Counted from the first letter of the stretch, positions 20,434 to 32,400 are shown. The stretch is 64,000 nucleotides of DNA from Flavobacteriales bacterium (GCA_947447955.1 CANFLS010000004.1:21327-85326); one strand, 5' to 3'. The notes: generated from the sequence alone by a model not told the origin. Translations and numbers: made by a program.

Positions 20434-21756
20434 TTACTTTACTTCCTTCACCCACATTTGTGGCACAGTAGACTCATAATAGAAAATACCTTTATTGGCT
20501 TCTTTCTCTGAGAAATAGTATTCCATATAAACATAATAACTCTTTGTTTTTGGTTCAAAAAACTTAAATGCAATTACATCTTTCATGTACAATTCTTTGA
20601 TTTGTTTGTTTGCTTTTTCTTCGTTGCTATGCAATCCAGCCACCAAATAGAAGCCAACTTCTGGTTTAATTTTATCAATTGGAGGTAAGTGAATACCCGT
20701 AGTATCATGTCCTTTTCCAAAAGTTTTCATGTCTTTTAAAGAACGTGCTGTTACTTCCAATCTTTCTCTACCTTTTGGAGCTCTTTCTTTATTTGATTCT
20801 TCATCACCACCCTCAGAAGAATTATCTGATCCAGAATCGTCTTTGGTAGATACAGAACCACCGCCTAATGCAGCAAATCCTATTGTAGTTCTAAATTCGT
20901 GAATAGGCCCTAACAAACCACGTTGTTCACCATCAGGAACAGTATAAGAATAAGAAACAGAAATATCATCTTGTGGTTTAAAACCAATGTTTCCACCAAA
21001 TTGCCAAAAGTTATTTTCACCTAAACCAACCCAAACCTTTTCTTTATACCAAAAACTAAGGTTGGCTTGGAAGTATAGATAGTCCCAATTGTACCAAGTG
21101 CAGTTTATTGCAGGACGAATGGTCATATCATTCCCTAAATCACCTTTAAATCCTAACAATAAAGTAGATTGAGTTTGCAAATCGTACCCAGCTTTGTAGT
21201 TATAATAGGTATAATCAAAATGAGGCTTAGGCAAACGAGAAACAGAAAAACCAGCATACCAATTTTCAGCTTTTGCAAAAATAGAAGCTCTAAGATCGGC
21301 TCTAATTACTGGAGCGCTGTAACTAATTGCATTGATAATTGGATCATTTTCATGAATATAAACCATTTTAGATGCATCAAAATTTTGAGATAAAACACCA
21401 GCACTCACGCCTAAGCTCAGTTTAGTACTTCCTAAACCCAATGAATAAGCATATGTAGCGTATGCATTGTGAATCTCGGAAAAAGCAATATTTTCCTTCA
21501 AATATAATAATCCAAAAGCCGTATTCTTGTTCTTAACAGGCATTGCTATATTGAACAATGTGTGTTGCGGCGAACCCGGTGTTTGGGCAAATATTTTATT
21601 ATAATAAAGAGAAACACTTCCTTGATCATTGCTAGTTATTGCCGCAGGGACACTAATTGAAGGATCCATATAAAATTGATCAATACGGGCTCCCATTTGG
21701 GCAGAGGCTTGAAACGTCAAACCCAATATACCAATAATACTAAATAATTTTTTCAT
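20434..21756 (-). CDS. PorP/SprF family T9SS beta-barrel with C-terminal SPOR-like domain
   Basis: QFYMDP..SVPA, PGSPQH, YAYSL, SYSY..HE barrel motifs, acidic linker, then FYLVAG..N.E.A....L SPOR-like tail. Confidence 0.8.
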   Translation of the reverse strand: MKKLFSIIGILGLTFQASAQMGARIDQFYMDPSISVPAAITSNDQGSVSLYYNKIFAQTPGSPQHTLFNIAMPVKNKNTAFGLLYLKENIAFSEIHNAYATYAYSLGLGSTKLSLGVSAGVLSQNFDASKMVYIHENDPIINAISYSAPVIRADLRASIFAKAENWYAGFSVSRLPKPHFDYTYYNYKAGYDLQTQSTLLLGFKGDLGNDMTIRPAINCTWYNWDYLYFQANLSFWYKEKVWVGLGENNFWQFGGNIGFKPQDDISVSYSYTVPDGEQRGLLGPIHEFRTTIGFAALGGGSVSTKDDSGSDNSSEGGDEESNKERAPKGRERLEVTARSLKDMKTFGKGHDTTGIHLPPIDKIKPEVGFYLVAGLHSNEEKANKQIKELYMKDVIAFKFFEPKTKSYYVYMEYYFSEKEANKGIFYYESTVPQMWVKEVK

Positions 21757-21761
21757 AATAA

Positions 21762-24700
21762 TTAACGAATAACTTGAATGTATCCTCTATACTCTTCTTT
21801 GGTTTGACGGTTTTTCATGTAATAAAAGTACACACCATTTGGCAATACATTTCCATCAGAATCAACCCCATTCCAATTGTTTAAATAATTATTGCTGGTA
21901 TATATCCTCTTCCCTTGTCGGTCACTAATCACTATATCAAACAAGAAAACATCTGGAATTTCAATTAAATCCCAGTATTCATTTGATTTATCACCGTTCG
22001 GTGTAATAATGTTTGGTATTTTCACCAATGGAGGATCAACTACCCTGATGTGAACTGAATCAACATCTACACAACCGTTTGAATCTGTTGCAACAACAAA
22101 CAATGTAATTGAATCTGTTAATTGAATTGTTGAAGTACCCACTTTGGTAGAATCAGCAACATACATACCTGGATACCAATGGAAATTCTTCAATGCATTT
22201 GATACATAAACTGAAGCTTTTCTTCCTCTAAAAATTGTAGTATCGGAATGTGCATTGATATTTGCCGGAGGATAAGCATAAACTTGAACAGAATCCATTG
22301 CAAAACAAACACCCTTATTATACGCTTTAAAAATATAATTTCCTGTTTTAGAAATTGGCTTCACAAAAACGGAATCATTGTCACTTTGCCAAATTATCGA
22401 ATCTCCTCCTGTGATTGTAAATGTGGCAGAATCTCCTTTGCACAATGGCATACTTCCCGACATATTCCATGAAATAACTGGTCTATCAACAAATGTGTTT
22501 ACATTTACAAAGGCGGTATCTGAACAACCATTTTTGGTTTTTACAATATAACTCGCATTGAAAGGACCCGCATTTTTAAAGAACACATTTCTCTTTAAAA
22601 TATTAGAATCAGTTACACCATTGCCAAAATCCCAATAACGCTGTTTGATTGTATCTAATGAATAGGTCAAGGTATCATAAAAATAAGCTGAATCTGGCAT
22701 ACAAACTCCTTTATATGCGAAGTGCGCAATTGGAGATGGTACTACATTCACTGGATGCATAACACTATCGGCACAACCATGAATATTGGTAACTACCAAT
22801 CGAGGCTGAAAAATACCAGTTGTGTCATAGCTATGAAATAAGGTTACAGCGGGTGATTCTTTAAATGTATCGCCCCAAACCCATTTGGATGTGAGTATGG
22901 TATCGTTGGGATCAACCCCGTAATTTTGAATAAATGTAAATTTATTCCATTTCTGACATTGCTTTAAATCGTTCGGTGTAACCGACGGATCTAATGAGAA
23001 AGTAGGCTGAGGTTTATAAAAAACTTGAAATAAACCTAAAGCAGAATCTCTACAGCCAGCTTTTGATGTTCCAACCAAACGTGCTTTATGAACTCCTGGC
23101 GCAGTAAATTTAAATTTAGTAGCAGTATCTGTTGCCATAATGGTATCATCAAACGTCCAATTCCAATTCATACTATCTTGGCGTGGATACTTGAAGTTTA
23201 ACAACCTTCTAAATCTCGTAGTATCACCAAAACAGGCTTCTTTAACGCTATACAAAGGCACAGGCTTAGGGTGAACTCGCAACCAATAAACTTGGGTATC
23301 TTTACAGATATTGGCAGATTGCACTTCCAATAATATTTTATATAGACCAATCTTTGCATAAGTATGTGCACTATTTGGCATTGCAGAATCATATGGTGAT
23401 CCATCACCCCAATTCCAAATATCGTAAAGAATATTTTCTGGAGAAGCAACACCAGAAGTATTTAATGTATTTGTAACTTCACCAATACATGTATTTGTTG
23501 CTGTAAATTGAGCTGCGGGTTTTGCAAATAAGTTTATAGCTTTTATCATTGAATCCTTACAATCCGCATCAGTAGTTACTGACAATTTGACTAATCTAGA
23601 ACCCGCAGTTGCATATTTATGATATACTATTTGATTCAACTTTGGCGGTCCTGTTTGACCATTTAATTTGGTACCATCGCCCAAATCCCAAGACCATTTC
23701 AACATTTTATCAGGAGATGGATCCGCAGTACCATTGGTAATTGCTATTGATTTATTAGCGTCCCAACATTGGTCAATTGCATCAATAAAAATTGCAGGCT
23801 TCGCATGCAAAATATAATCCTGACTGTCAATTGCTTTACATTGATATTGATTTGTACGTGCAATAAAAATCTTATATGTACCTGCAGCTAAAAATTTATA
23901 ATTGATTTTTGTAGAATCTTTATATCCAATTGTACCGGCAGTATTCCCTTTCACGTAGGAGGGAACAGTTGGAGTAATTGTCCAAACCTTTTTTTGCATT
24001 ACTTCTCCAGTAGGCGGAGAATATGTATCCGTAATACGGGTAGTTTGGCCTTGACAAACGCTAGTAATAATCTTTGGCAATAAATCAACACTTTGTGTGA
24101 ATATATTTGAAGTCAATGGCACACGTGGCGTATTATAAATGATTACGTTTTTATATCCAAAATCGAAACTCGTAGCATTTTCAACTCTCAAAGAAACAAT
24201 ATATGGATAACTTAAAGTTGCAGGCGTTCTTGCATAAACATGCCAAGCCGTTGAACCAGTTTGTGTTGGAGAACCATCGCCAAAGTCCCATATGTAACCT
24301 GTAATTGATGAACCAATTGATTTAGAATTACTAGAAAATTTAATAGTATCACCTTCACATTGATTCACAACAATAAACGATGAAAATACGTCAGTACTTC
24401 CCAATGTATTCAACCCACCCAAATAACCTGAGGTTTGAGACCCTATTTTATTTCCTAAAATATAATACCCAGTCAAGTTAGTAATCGAACTCGAAGACAT
24501 TGTACCCAATCTATTTGCAGTGCCTACAGTATTGTTCAATACCCAAGCTGCAGAACCTGTAGAAGTTAATAATTGTAAATTGGCAAAATCATAAACACGA
24601 TCGTCATTGGTTAATGTATCGTAGCTGAATTTAATTATGAAACTATTTGCTACTGTATTCGCTGCTGAAGTGTTCATGTAATAATGATGCACTTTTGAAA

Positions 24701-25400
24701 TATTTCTTGTGCCTGTAGGTAAAGTTTGCGTAAAAGCAGGTCCATTAGCCAAAACTTTAGCAAAGTAAAATTCTTCAGTAGCTCCAGTTTTTGCAAAACT
24801 TGTGGCAACTATTGGTCTATAATCGCTACCAGAGCCAACATGCCATGTCATTGTATTGTTGGCAGTTTGACCAATCCAATATCCACCATCTACATAGCTA
24901 TTCTTATTTCCACCAACCAATTTTGCACCGGTTTTGGTTTTTAACGCAGGTGGTGTGGTTCCCGAAATCATCACCAATCCATCTGTTAATTCAAATGAAT
25001 CTGTAATTAAAAGAGTTCCCGCGGCTGTTGCTGACGTAATGGTTGCCTTCACCGACGCAGTTTTTAAAACCAAAGATTTTATGGTAACACTTGCATTGTC
25101 AATATCTAATGTGATATTTTTCGTAACCAATACAAACTTATTGTACGTACCTGCAGCAATTGTAACCACATCGCCAGAGGCAGCGGCATTGATTGCTTTT
25201 TGAATGGTTAAGAACGGAGCTCCCGCAGATGTTCCCGCATTGGCATCATTACCCGTTGTATTTACATACCACGTTGCAGAAAATGCATTTAGCGAAAAAA
25301 GAAAAAAGACAAGCGTTAAAAACGAATGTCTTTTCCAATATTTTTTTTCAAGTATTTTTTGAATCATGTTTTTCTTATTTGGAATCCTTCCAATAGACAC
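21762..25400 (-). CDS. large PKD-repeat surface protein with T9SS type B sorting domain
   Basis: N-terminal WYV..GND.N.GT..APF.TIQKAI (DUF1565-like), multiple W.(F/W)GDG repeats, C-terminal IPNIITPNGD..NE. Start may be 25367. Confidence 0.85.
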   Translation of the reverse strand: MSIGRIPNKKNMIQKILEKKYWKRHSFLTLVFFLFSLNAFSATWYVNTTGNDANAGTSAGAPFLTIQKAINAAASGDVVTIAAGTYNKFVLVTKNITLDIDNASVTIKSLVLKTASVKATITSATAAGTLLITDSFELTDGLVMISGTTPPALKTKTGAKLVGGNKNSYVDGGYWIGQTANNTMTWHVGSGSDYRPIVATSFAKTGATEEFYFAKVLANGPAFTQTLPTGTRNISKVHHYYMNTSAANTVANSFIIKFSYDTLTNDDRVYDFANLQLLTSTGSAAWVLNNTVGTANRLGTMSSSSITNLTGYYILGNKIGSQTSGYLGGLNTLGSTDVFSSFIVVNQCEGDTIKFSSNSKSIGSSITGYIWDFGDGSPTQTGSTAWHVYARTPATLSYPYIVSLRVENATSFDFGYKNVIIYNTPRVPLTSNIFTQSVDLLPKIITSVCQGQTTRITDTYSPPTGEVMQKKVWTITPTVPSYVKGNTAGTIGYKDSTKINYKFLAAGTYKIFIARTNQYQCKAIDSQDYILHAKPAIFIDAIDQCWDANKSIAITNGTADPSPDKMLKWSWDLGDGTKLNGQTGPPKLNQIVYHKYATAGSRLVKLSVTTDADCKDSMIKAINLFAKPAAQFTATNTCIGEVTNTLNTSGVASPENILYDIWNWGDGSPYDSAMPNSAHTYAKIGLYKILLEVQSANICKDTQVYWLRVHPKPVPLYSVKEACFGDTTRFRRLLNFKYPRQDSMNWNWTFDDTIMATDTATKFKFTAPGVHKARLVGTSKAGCRDSALGLFQVFYKPQPTFSLDPSVTPNDLKQCQKWNKFTFIQNYGVDPNDTILTSKWVWGDTFKESPAVTLFHSYDTTGIFQPRLVVTNIHGCADSVMHPVNVVPSPIAHFAYKGVCMPDSAYFYDTLTYSLDTIKQRYWDFGNGVTDSNILKRNVFFKNAGPFNASYIVKTKNGCSDTAFVNVNTFVDRPVISWNMSGSMPLCKGDSATFTITGGDSIIWQSDNDSVFVKPISKTGNYIFKAYNKGVCFAMDSVQVYAYPPANINAHSDTTIFRGRKASVYVSNALKNFHWYPGMYVADSTKVGTSTIQLTDSITLFVVATDSNGCVDVDSVHIRVVDPPLVKIPNIITPNGDKSNEYWDLIEIPDVFLFDIVISDRQGKRIYTSNNYLNNWNGVDSDGNVLPNGVYFYYMKNRQTKEEYRGYIQVIR

Positions 25401-25458
25401 ATTTACAATAAGATTTGTGTATCGAAAAAATTTAATATGATATTTTTATGACAATTCT

Positions 25459-25854
25459 TTAGAAAGGCAAGTCATCCGCATCAGATGAATTCGATGCAAA
25501 AGGATCTTGTGTATCATCAGAAGGCGCAAAAGGATCGTGGTGGTCGCCAGTATTTTGACTTGAAGGAGCACCGGTATTGCTTCCAGCAGCACCAGGTCTT
25601 TCAACTTTCCAAGCACGAACATCGGTGTACCAACGGCCTTGATATTCACGGCTTTCTATATCTACACCAACATTAATAAACTCACCTTCTTTGATATCGA
25701 ATTGAGAAATTTTAGCTCCCCATAAATTAAAACAAACTTTTTTGGGATAAGTACCTTGGATTTCAACCACATAGTCTTGCTTTTCCCATGGTCCATTTTT
25801 GCCAGCACCCGTTTGCTTAGGTAAAATTTGTATCACTTTTCCAGAAATATCCAT
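25459..25854 (-). CDS. DUF3127 family protein (SSB-like OB fold with acidic DDLPF tail)
   Basis: W.KQDYVVE..YPKKVCF, IESREYQGRWYTDVRAWK, terminal DDLPF. Confidence 0.85.
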   Translation of the reverse strand: MDISGKVIQILPKQTGAGKNGPWEKQDYVVEIQGTYPKKVCFNLWGAKISQFDIKEGEFINVGVDIESREYQGRWYTDVRAWKVERPGAAGSNTGAPSSQNTGDHHDPFAPSDDTQDPFASNSSDADDLPF

Positions 25855-25896
25855 ATAACAAAGATACTAAAAAGCATTCATATTTAAAAATGCGAA

Positions 25897-28140
25897 TTAA
25901 GAGCCGCCTTCTTTTTCTCCGTCTTTCAAATCATCGTTTTTCAACTTACGTTCAACGGGTTTCGGTTTTTCAACTTGAACACCTCCAAATGTATAATCGA
26001 AATTGATACGAACACCCCACATGGTGGTTCTTCGCATCTCAAAATATGAGAAATTCAACCCTTTGTTATCAGTCTTATAATCAACCTGCGGAGAAAAAGG
26101 ATTATCCAATCCCAAACCAATTCCACCCTTGTCATTTTTGAATCTCCTTTTAACACTAATCACATGCATAAACCAGTTTGCCGAATACCCTTGCAACGAA
26201 AATGTAGGCGCATTAAATCTTGCGAACATTTCAATGGTATAATTTTTAGAAATATTGTAAGAACCTCTAGATCCAACCGTATATGTAATTCCCTTGGTAG
26301 ACAATCCAGCAGTAGCTCCAGTATCAACAATACTTCTGATATTCACAAACCCAGCACCACCGTTTAAACTTAACATCCAAGTCTTACCCTTGAAATTGAT
26401 ATTCACATCAAATCCGGTAGTAATATTCTGACCAATGTTTCCATAAGTTGTTTTGTAAACCCGATTTTCATCAATAATGCGGTAAGTTTCAATAGAATTA
26501 TTCAAACGTTTGTGGTAAATGTTGATTCCATAACCGCCAACAGGGGTATAATTCCCAAACGACAATTCATAGTTCGTAGATATTTCCGGCGACAAATATG
26601 GATTTCCAGTGGTGATATTTAATGGGTCACTAAAATTTGTGTATGGATTCAAATAAAACAAACTGGGACGCTGAATTCTTTGAGTGAAGTTGAAACGCAA
26701 ATAACCGCCCTGTCCAATTTTTCTTGATATATTTAAAAAAGGAATAAAGTTATTGTATGGCTTACCCGTAAAAGAACTTTCAGTAGGTTTGCTCAAATTT
26801 CCTCCAAAATTAGTATGCTCAAAACGTCCTCCTATTTTTAGGGTGTAATTCGAATTTAAATTATAAATTACTTGAGAATAACCGGCATAAACATATTGAT
26901 AATAAGTAAATGAGTTATTTCTAAATGCAATAGATGAAAATTCATTTTGGGGGATATTTAAACTATCAAAAGTATAATCTGAAAACACAAAACGCCAAAT
27001 CCCTTTCAACCCCGATTCTAAAGAAATTTTAGAAGTCAAAGGCTCTGTAAAATCAATCTGAGTAGATAGTTCATTGTTTTGACCTATGTTTAAACTTTTT
27101 TCATTATGTACCAAATTCCCGATTTGATTCTTTCTTTCGCTGGTATACTTCGCATTTTCAGTGCTGTTGGAAAATTGAGCCGACCAGCCCAATTCTCTGT
27201 CTTTTTTGTCGAATTTTCTGCGATAATCTACATTCAAATCATACCCAATGGTTGAGCTCAATTTATCTGAATTCTGATTCCATAAATAATTTAAAAAACT
27301 ATCTTTAATACCCACATTGGTTTCCCAATCAGTTAAAGTACCTCTCCAACCCGTATTTAACGATGCTGAAGCACTGAATGCGTTCTTTTTATTAAAAACA
27401 TGATCTACAGAAAATGTCACCCTTGGTCCACCACCCCAGTTGCTAAAATCAGAGTTTTGTGTTAGTTGATTCGTAATTCCTTGATTTGTATTTAATCTAT
27501 TGGCTCTAGAGAAACCCCAGGTTCTCCAACCGTGACCACCAAGCATGGTGGTAAAATTGGTTTTCCCACGTTGTACAGAAAATGTACCCCCTAAATTGGC
27601 ACTTCTTGTACCCAAACCCATTCTAAAGTTGCCCGAATTTCCTTTTAATCGAACATCCTTCATGATAATATTTATAACCCCACCAGAACCTTCTGCATCG
27701 TATTTTGCAGATGGGTTTGTAATTACCTCAATTTTATCAATATCATCGGCAGAAATTGACTTTAATGCATCAGCTAAATTACCAGCAAGCAACCCTGAAG
27801 GACGTCCATTAATTAAAAATTTGATATTTCTATTTCCACGCATGGAAACATTGCCGTCCATATCCACTTCAACCATGGGCACTTTCGACAACATATCACT
27901 CAAAGAAGAACCTTTACTCGTAATGTCTTGAGATGCATTGTAAACTAATTTATCGGCTTGGTTTTCAATAATATTGGCTTGTACTTTAATTTCAAGTACT
28001 TTCATTTTTTCAATATCGCTTGTGTCTTTTTTGCTTCTTTGCAATGTATCTTTTTGAGCCGAAGCAACTAAGGACAACAAAGCGCTAAAAATCAACAATA
28101 TACTTTTCTGATTCAATCTCACACTGCAAAGAAAATACAT
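25897..28140 (-). CDS. TonB-dependent receptor / outer-membrane beta-barrel
   Basis: Plug motif IDKIEVITNPSAKYDAEGSGGVINI, RIQRPS..LNP, GNPYLSPE. Confidence 0.9.
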   Translation of the reverse strand: MYFLCSVRLNQKSILLIFSALLSLVASAQKDTLQRSKKDTSDIEKMKVLEIKVQANIIENQADKLVYNASQDITSKGSSLSDMLSKVPMVEVDMDGNVSMRGNRNIKFLINGRPSGLLAGNLADALKSISADDIDKIEVITNPSAKYDAEGSGGVINIIMKDVRLKGNSGNFRMGLGTRSANLGGTFSVQRGKTNFTTMLGGHGWRTWGFSRANRLNTNQGITNQLTQNSDFSNWGGGPRVTFSVDHVFNKKNAFSASASLNTGWRGTLTDWETNVGIKDSFLNYLWNQNSDKLSSTIGYDLNVDYRRKFDKKDRELGWSAQFSNSTENAKYTSERKNQIGNLVHNEKSLNIGQNNELSTQIDFTEPLTSKISLESGLKGIWRFVFSDYTFDSLNIPQNEFSSIAFRNNSFTYYQYVYAGYSQVIYNLNSNYTLKIGGRFEHTNFGGNLSKPTESSFTGKPYNNFIPFLNISRKIGQGGYLRFNFTQRIQRPSLFYLNPYTNFSDPLNITTGNPYLSPEISTNYELSFGNYTPVGGYGINIYHKRLNNSIETYRIIDENRVYKTTYGNIGQNITTGFDVNINFKGKTWMLSLNGGAGFVNIRSIVDTGATAGLSTKGITYTVGSRGSYNISKNYTIEMFARFNAPTFSLQGYSANWFMHVISVKRRFKNDKGGIGLGLDNPFSPQVDYKTDNKGLNFSYFEMRRTTMWGVRINFDYTFGGVQVEKPKPVERKLKNDDLKDGEKEGGS

Positions 28141-28195
28141 AATGGTGAGAGGGTTGTCATAAATACGTTAAATGAATATAAAATTTATGAATATT

Positions 28196-29464
28196 CTATT
28201 TGGAGCGAATTGCAGTAACTGGATCCATTTTAGCAGCAGAAGCAGCCGGAATAAAACCTGCAACAATTCCTACACCAACAGAGGTAATAATTCCAATCAA
28301 AGCATCTTCCATTCCCAACGACAATGACGCCCCAGCCCCCAAAGAAGTAGAAAATGCGGCGTTTAATCCATATAAAACTAGCCAAACAAAGAAAATTCCG
28401 AGTAATCCACCAGCAATACAAAGCCAAATACTTTCAAGTAAAAACTGCACTTGAATAAACCATTTTTGCGCTCCCAAAGCTTTTTGGATTCCTATTTCTT
28501 GGGTGCGTTCTTTTACCGACACAAACATGATGTTTGCCACCCCAAAACAGCCAACCAACATTGCAAATGCGCCAATGATTAAACCTATTTTCTTTATTTG
28601 TCCAAATAGACTTGAAATGGCATCGGTTATCATCGACATTTTGTTCACTGCAAAATCATTTTCAGCACCGGGTTTTAATCGTCTATAAGCCCTCATACTT
28701 TGGGCAACATCAATTCTTAAATCATCAATAGAAACTCCGTCTGCGGCCCTAACCATAATTTGAGCGTCTTCACTTTGTTTGTATGAGAAGAATCCCAAAC
28801 CCCATTTCGAGGGAACGAAAACGCCATCGTCGCTAGAGTTATTGATCATGCTGGCACCTTCAAATTTACAAACACCAATAACGGTGCAAATTCCAGACCC
28901 TACCCTCACCTTTTTGCCGACAGGACTTCCCTCAGGAAATAAATTTTGAGCAATACTCGCACCAAGAATCACCACAGGTTGCCCACTGTTACTTTCCTCA
29001 AATGTAAAATACCTACCAAATTCAACATTCACTGTTTGTATTTGATTGTATTGATAAGAAACACATTTAATTTCAACACCTTTCAATGCATTTTTTGCTG
29101 TTTTCACATCTGCATTTTGTTGATACAAATAAGCAATTGCTTTTACCTTGTTTGGAGTAATACGATCAACCAAAAAATCAGCTTCTTCAGGTTTTGTAAC
29201 CGGACGTTTTAAATACTTCCACCAAGGATAATTGTTTCCAAATTCATCCCAAGGCCATTTTTGAATAAAAACCACATCAGAACCAAATTTAGAAAATTGG
29301 TTATTTAAACTTTTCTCCAAAGAATGCACCAAGGCATAAACAGAAATAATGCAAAATATACCAATAGTAATTCCCAAAACCGATAAAATACTGCGGAGTT
29401 TATTCTGTTTAATGGCAGAACCCGACATTTTAAAGGATTCGATTAAGGGTATTTGAATGGACAT
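28196..29464 (-). CDS. MacB/FtsX-type ABC transporter permease
   Basis: NKLRS.LS.LGITIG, GVANIMFVSVKERTQEIGIQKALGA, PA..AAKMDPV.AIR. Confidence 0.92.
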   Translation of the reverse strand: MSIQIPLIESFKMSGSAIKQNKLRSILSVLGITIGIFCIISVYALVHSLEKSLNNQFSKFGSDVVFIQKWPWDEFGNNYPWWKYLKRPVTKPEEADFLVDRITPNKVKAIAYLYQQNADVKTAKNALKGVEIKCVSYQYNQIQTVNVEFGRYFTFEESNSGQPVVILGASIAQNLFPEGSPVGKKVRVGSGICTVIGVCKFEGASMINNSSDDGVFVPSKWGLGFFSYKQSEDAQIMVRAADGVSIDDLRIDVAQSMRAYRRLKPGAENDFAVNKMSMITDAISSLFGQIKKIGLIIGAFAMLVGCFGVANIMFVSVKERTQEIGIQKALGAQKWFIQVQFLLESIWLCIAGGLLGIFFVWLVLYGLNAAFSTSLGAGASLSLGMEDALIGIITSVGVGIVAGFIPAASAAKMDPVTAIRSK

Positions 29465-29493
29465 TTTACGAAAGTAAATAAATGTAGCGTGGA

Positions 29494-32400
29494 TTAATTT
29501 TTAATTGGATTAGGAGCAGTTTTTTTCCGTTTGAAAGTCTCAAACTCTTTGCGATACATGATACCTGTTCCCAACGTATTTCCAGAAACCCCGTTTGTTG
29601 TTGAACTTCCGTTTTGTTGTAATAATAAATTATTACTCCTTGAAAACGCCTTGATTCTCCAATTTTCATCGGTGGTTTTATATTCCAAGTTGAAATTGAT
29701 TGGCAAAGCGGCACTGCTTACCAAAACCGCCACAGTTGGATCATAATTCAAATCCAAACGCAATCTGTCCGACAAAAACCATTCGGTGTTCAAGAACAAT
29801 TTGGTATTGCTGGTACCTGTTGAGTTACGTACGTCATCAATATTCACTTGAATTCGGGTTGGAATTCCATATTTAGAAAACAAATCGTTCACTACCGAAC
29901 TGGCTATCATTGAAACGCTGTTTCCAGCAAATCCTGATCCACTAAAATTACTGGTTGCAGATGCCCCACTACTAGAAAAAGAGGGAGGAATAAAATTCCC
30001 AAATAACAACAAGGCCACCGCTTGACGCATGGTTTCATCCTTGTCGCTTCGAATTCTTTGAATCACTGAGTTCACCTCATTTGCAGATGTTCCACCAGTA
30101 GATGACAAATCAGGAGCTTGAATATCAAATCCAATTGACGGGCTAAATAAATTACCCTTCAAAGTAAGTAAACTAATGATTCTGGTTGCAGGATAACTGG
30201 TTTTTGCCCCAACCGATGTAATCATTAGGGTTGAAGGAGATATTTTCTTTTCAATTCGTCCCACCAAATCAACAGTTGCATTGAATGGATCTCCATCCCA
30301 AACAATTGATCCTCCTTTATCGAGAGATATACGCTTCAATAAATTAATTCCTGGAAGAGAAAACGAGTATTCACCTTGTTCCACAGCAAAACTACCGAAC
30401 ATGTAAAATTTCTTATCGAGGTCGTAAACCATTCTTAATTGGCCATTCCCCCTACCCTTGATAATGTCGCCCAGCTTTTTATCAATTACAAATTGAACTT
30501 CTGCTTCGGGAGTGGCAGTGATGTTCATATTGATTTTCCCCAAACTATTGGGTGTTTCTTTTTTTACGGATGTGGCTTGAATTTTACCTAAGTGATTTCT
30601 AAAAATGATAGACCCAGAAATAATATTTTCATTTCCCGACGAATATTGAATAGAAAGCAAAGAATTCTTCCTCGGCTTTAAATTAATATCCATGTTGATT
30701 TGATTTAACGGTCCATACATCCTACAATTTCCATCGGCCCATGCGTTGCCGTAAAACAGACTATTGTCTTTTTCAGTAGTTTGTAAAACCCTAAAATTCT
30801 TAAGACTATCCACCTGCAGGTCCAAACCGAATTCCGAGAAGTTTTTATAGGTAAAGGCCAACTTCATCCATGCGAAATTCTTTTTTGAATCATCAAAAAT
30901 CTTCAATGGGCGAACGGTGAATAATCCTTTTTCAGTAACCTTAATATTGCCTGAAGTTGTGTATTCCGTTCCTAAATAATCCACTTTCATTCTGGCTTGA
31001 TCAATAGAAATCAAACCTTCTGCTTTGGGGTTTTCAGTGGTACCAAATAAATGGAAGTTTCCTCTTAAATATCCTTCCTTAAATCCTACGATGCCCGTTA
31101 AGAAAGGTTGTAAAATTTGAATAGGCGTTTTTCTTGGCAACTCCCCATAAATATCTAAATCGCTTCCATTTAATGCATTTACTTGCAAGGTCCCATTTAA
31201 TGCCAAAGTTTTTAGAGGACCAGAACGGAACAAGCAATTCATTTGCAGAAATCCAACTTTTCCTGTTTCCTTTATAGATAAATCCAAATCACCATATTGA
31301 AAACGATTGTACTTGATTTTGTTTATTCCTACCTCACCAATAAATCTTGGATTTCCAAGAACTGCACAAATTTTCACATCTCCATTCGCTTTAAATTCTA
31401 AGCTATCTAATGTACCCTTTGGTAAAAATGGCTTCAGAACTTCTGGCGTAATATTGCTAAAATCTACCCGAAGGGTGTCTGAATTCGAATTTGAAATATC
31501 GCCCTTCACCTCCAAATAGTGGGTATTATCACTCAAATAAAAGTTCGAGATGTTTATTTTATCTGGGTTAAATAAAATATTGGCTTGTTTATCCAACATC
31601 CAAGTGGTTGAGAAAATTCTCAAATCGGTTCGGTCTAAATTGAAATCGGCGGAATTCTCTTTTAGCTTACCAAAAGCTGCCAAATTAAGAGAATACCTAT
31701 TTTCCTTTTCGTGAATATTGGTTTGGAGGGACATCCAATCGTTACCAATACCTCCAATAATTTCAAGCTTATCATAGAAGGTATTGTCGAATTTGCTTTG
31801 ATTAGAAAGAAATGTCAATTCAGCTGTATTATCTACCAACTTATCTTTATGGATGCTAATTTTGGTCTTTTCACTCGAAAACAATCCATATTCTAGTGAA
31901 AATGGACCAACTTCTAAGTTATATTTATTGTTAAATCCATTATAATTTCCAACTATAGAAACAGGGCCAAGTCTTAATCCCGGGGCCACCAAAGCATCCA
32001 ACCAAACAGTTTGAAACAGAAACAAATCGAACGCTACAGAGTCAGTACATTTTTCTGTGGCTTTGGCAAACCGCGCTGGCGACATATCATGCAAAATTTG
32101 TTCAAACCACAGATTTGTTTTTCCTAATTTCCAGTTCCCTGCAATAAATCCATCTATCCAGTTTCCTACAAATTCAACCCTGTCTAATTTCTTTCTACGA
32201 ATTAATTGGGTTGCCAGCATAAAATCCTGGCTCCCCCGGTTTATTTGGCAATTGGTAAATAAAACTTCCCCCAAAATTGTATTGATGTCTGACCCAATTA
32301 AATCTGAATGTATACTTCCTTTGAACGACGTTCCAATTGTGTCAAACCCCAACTTATTAAAATCTAAATTTTCAATTTTAGCATCAACAACTGAATGTTG

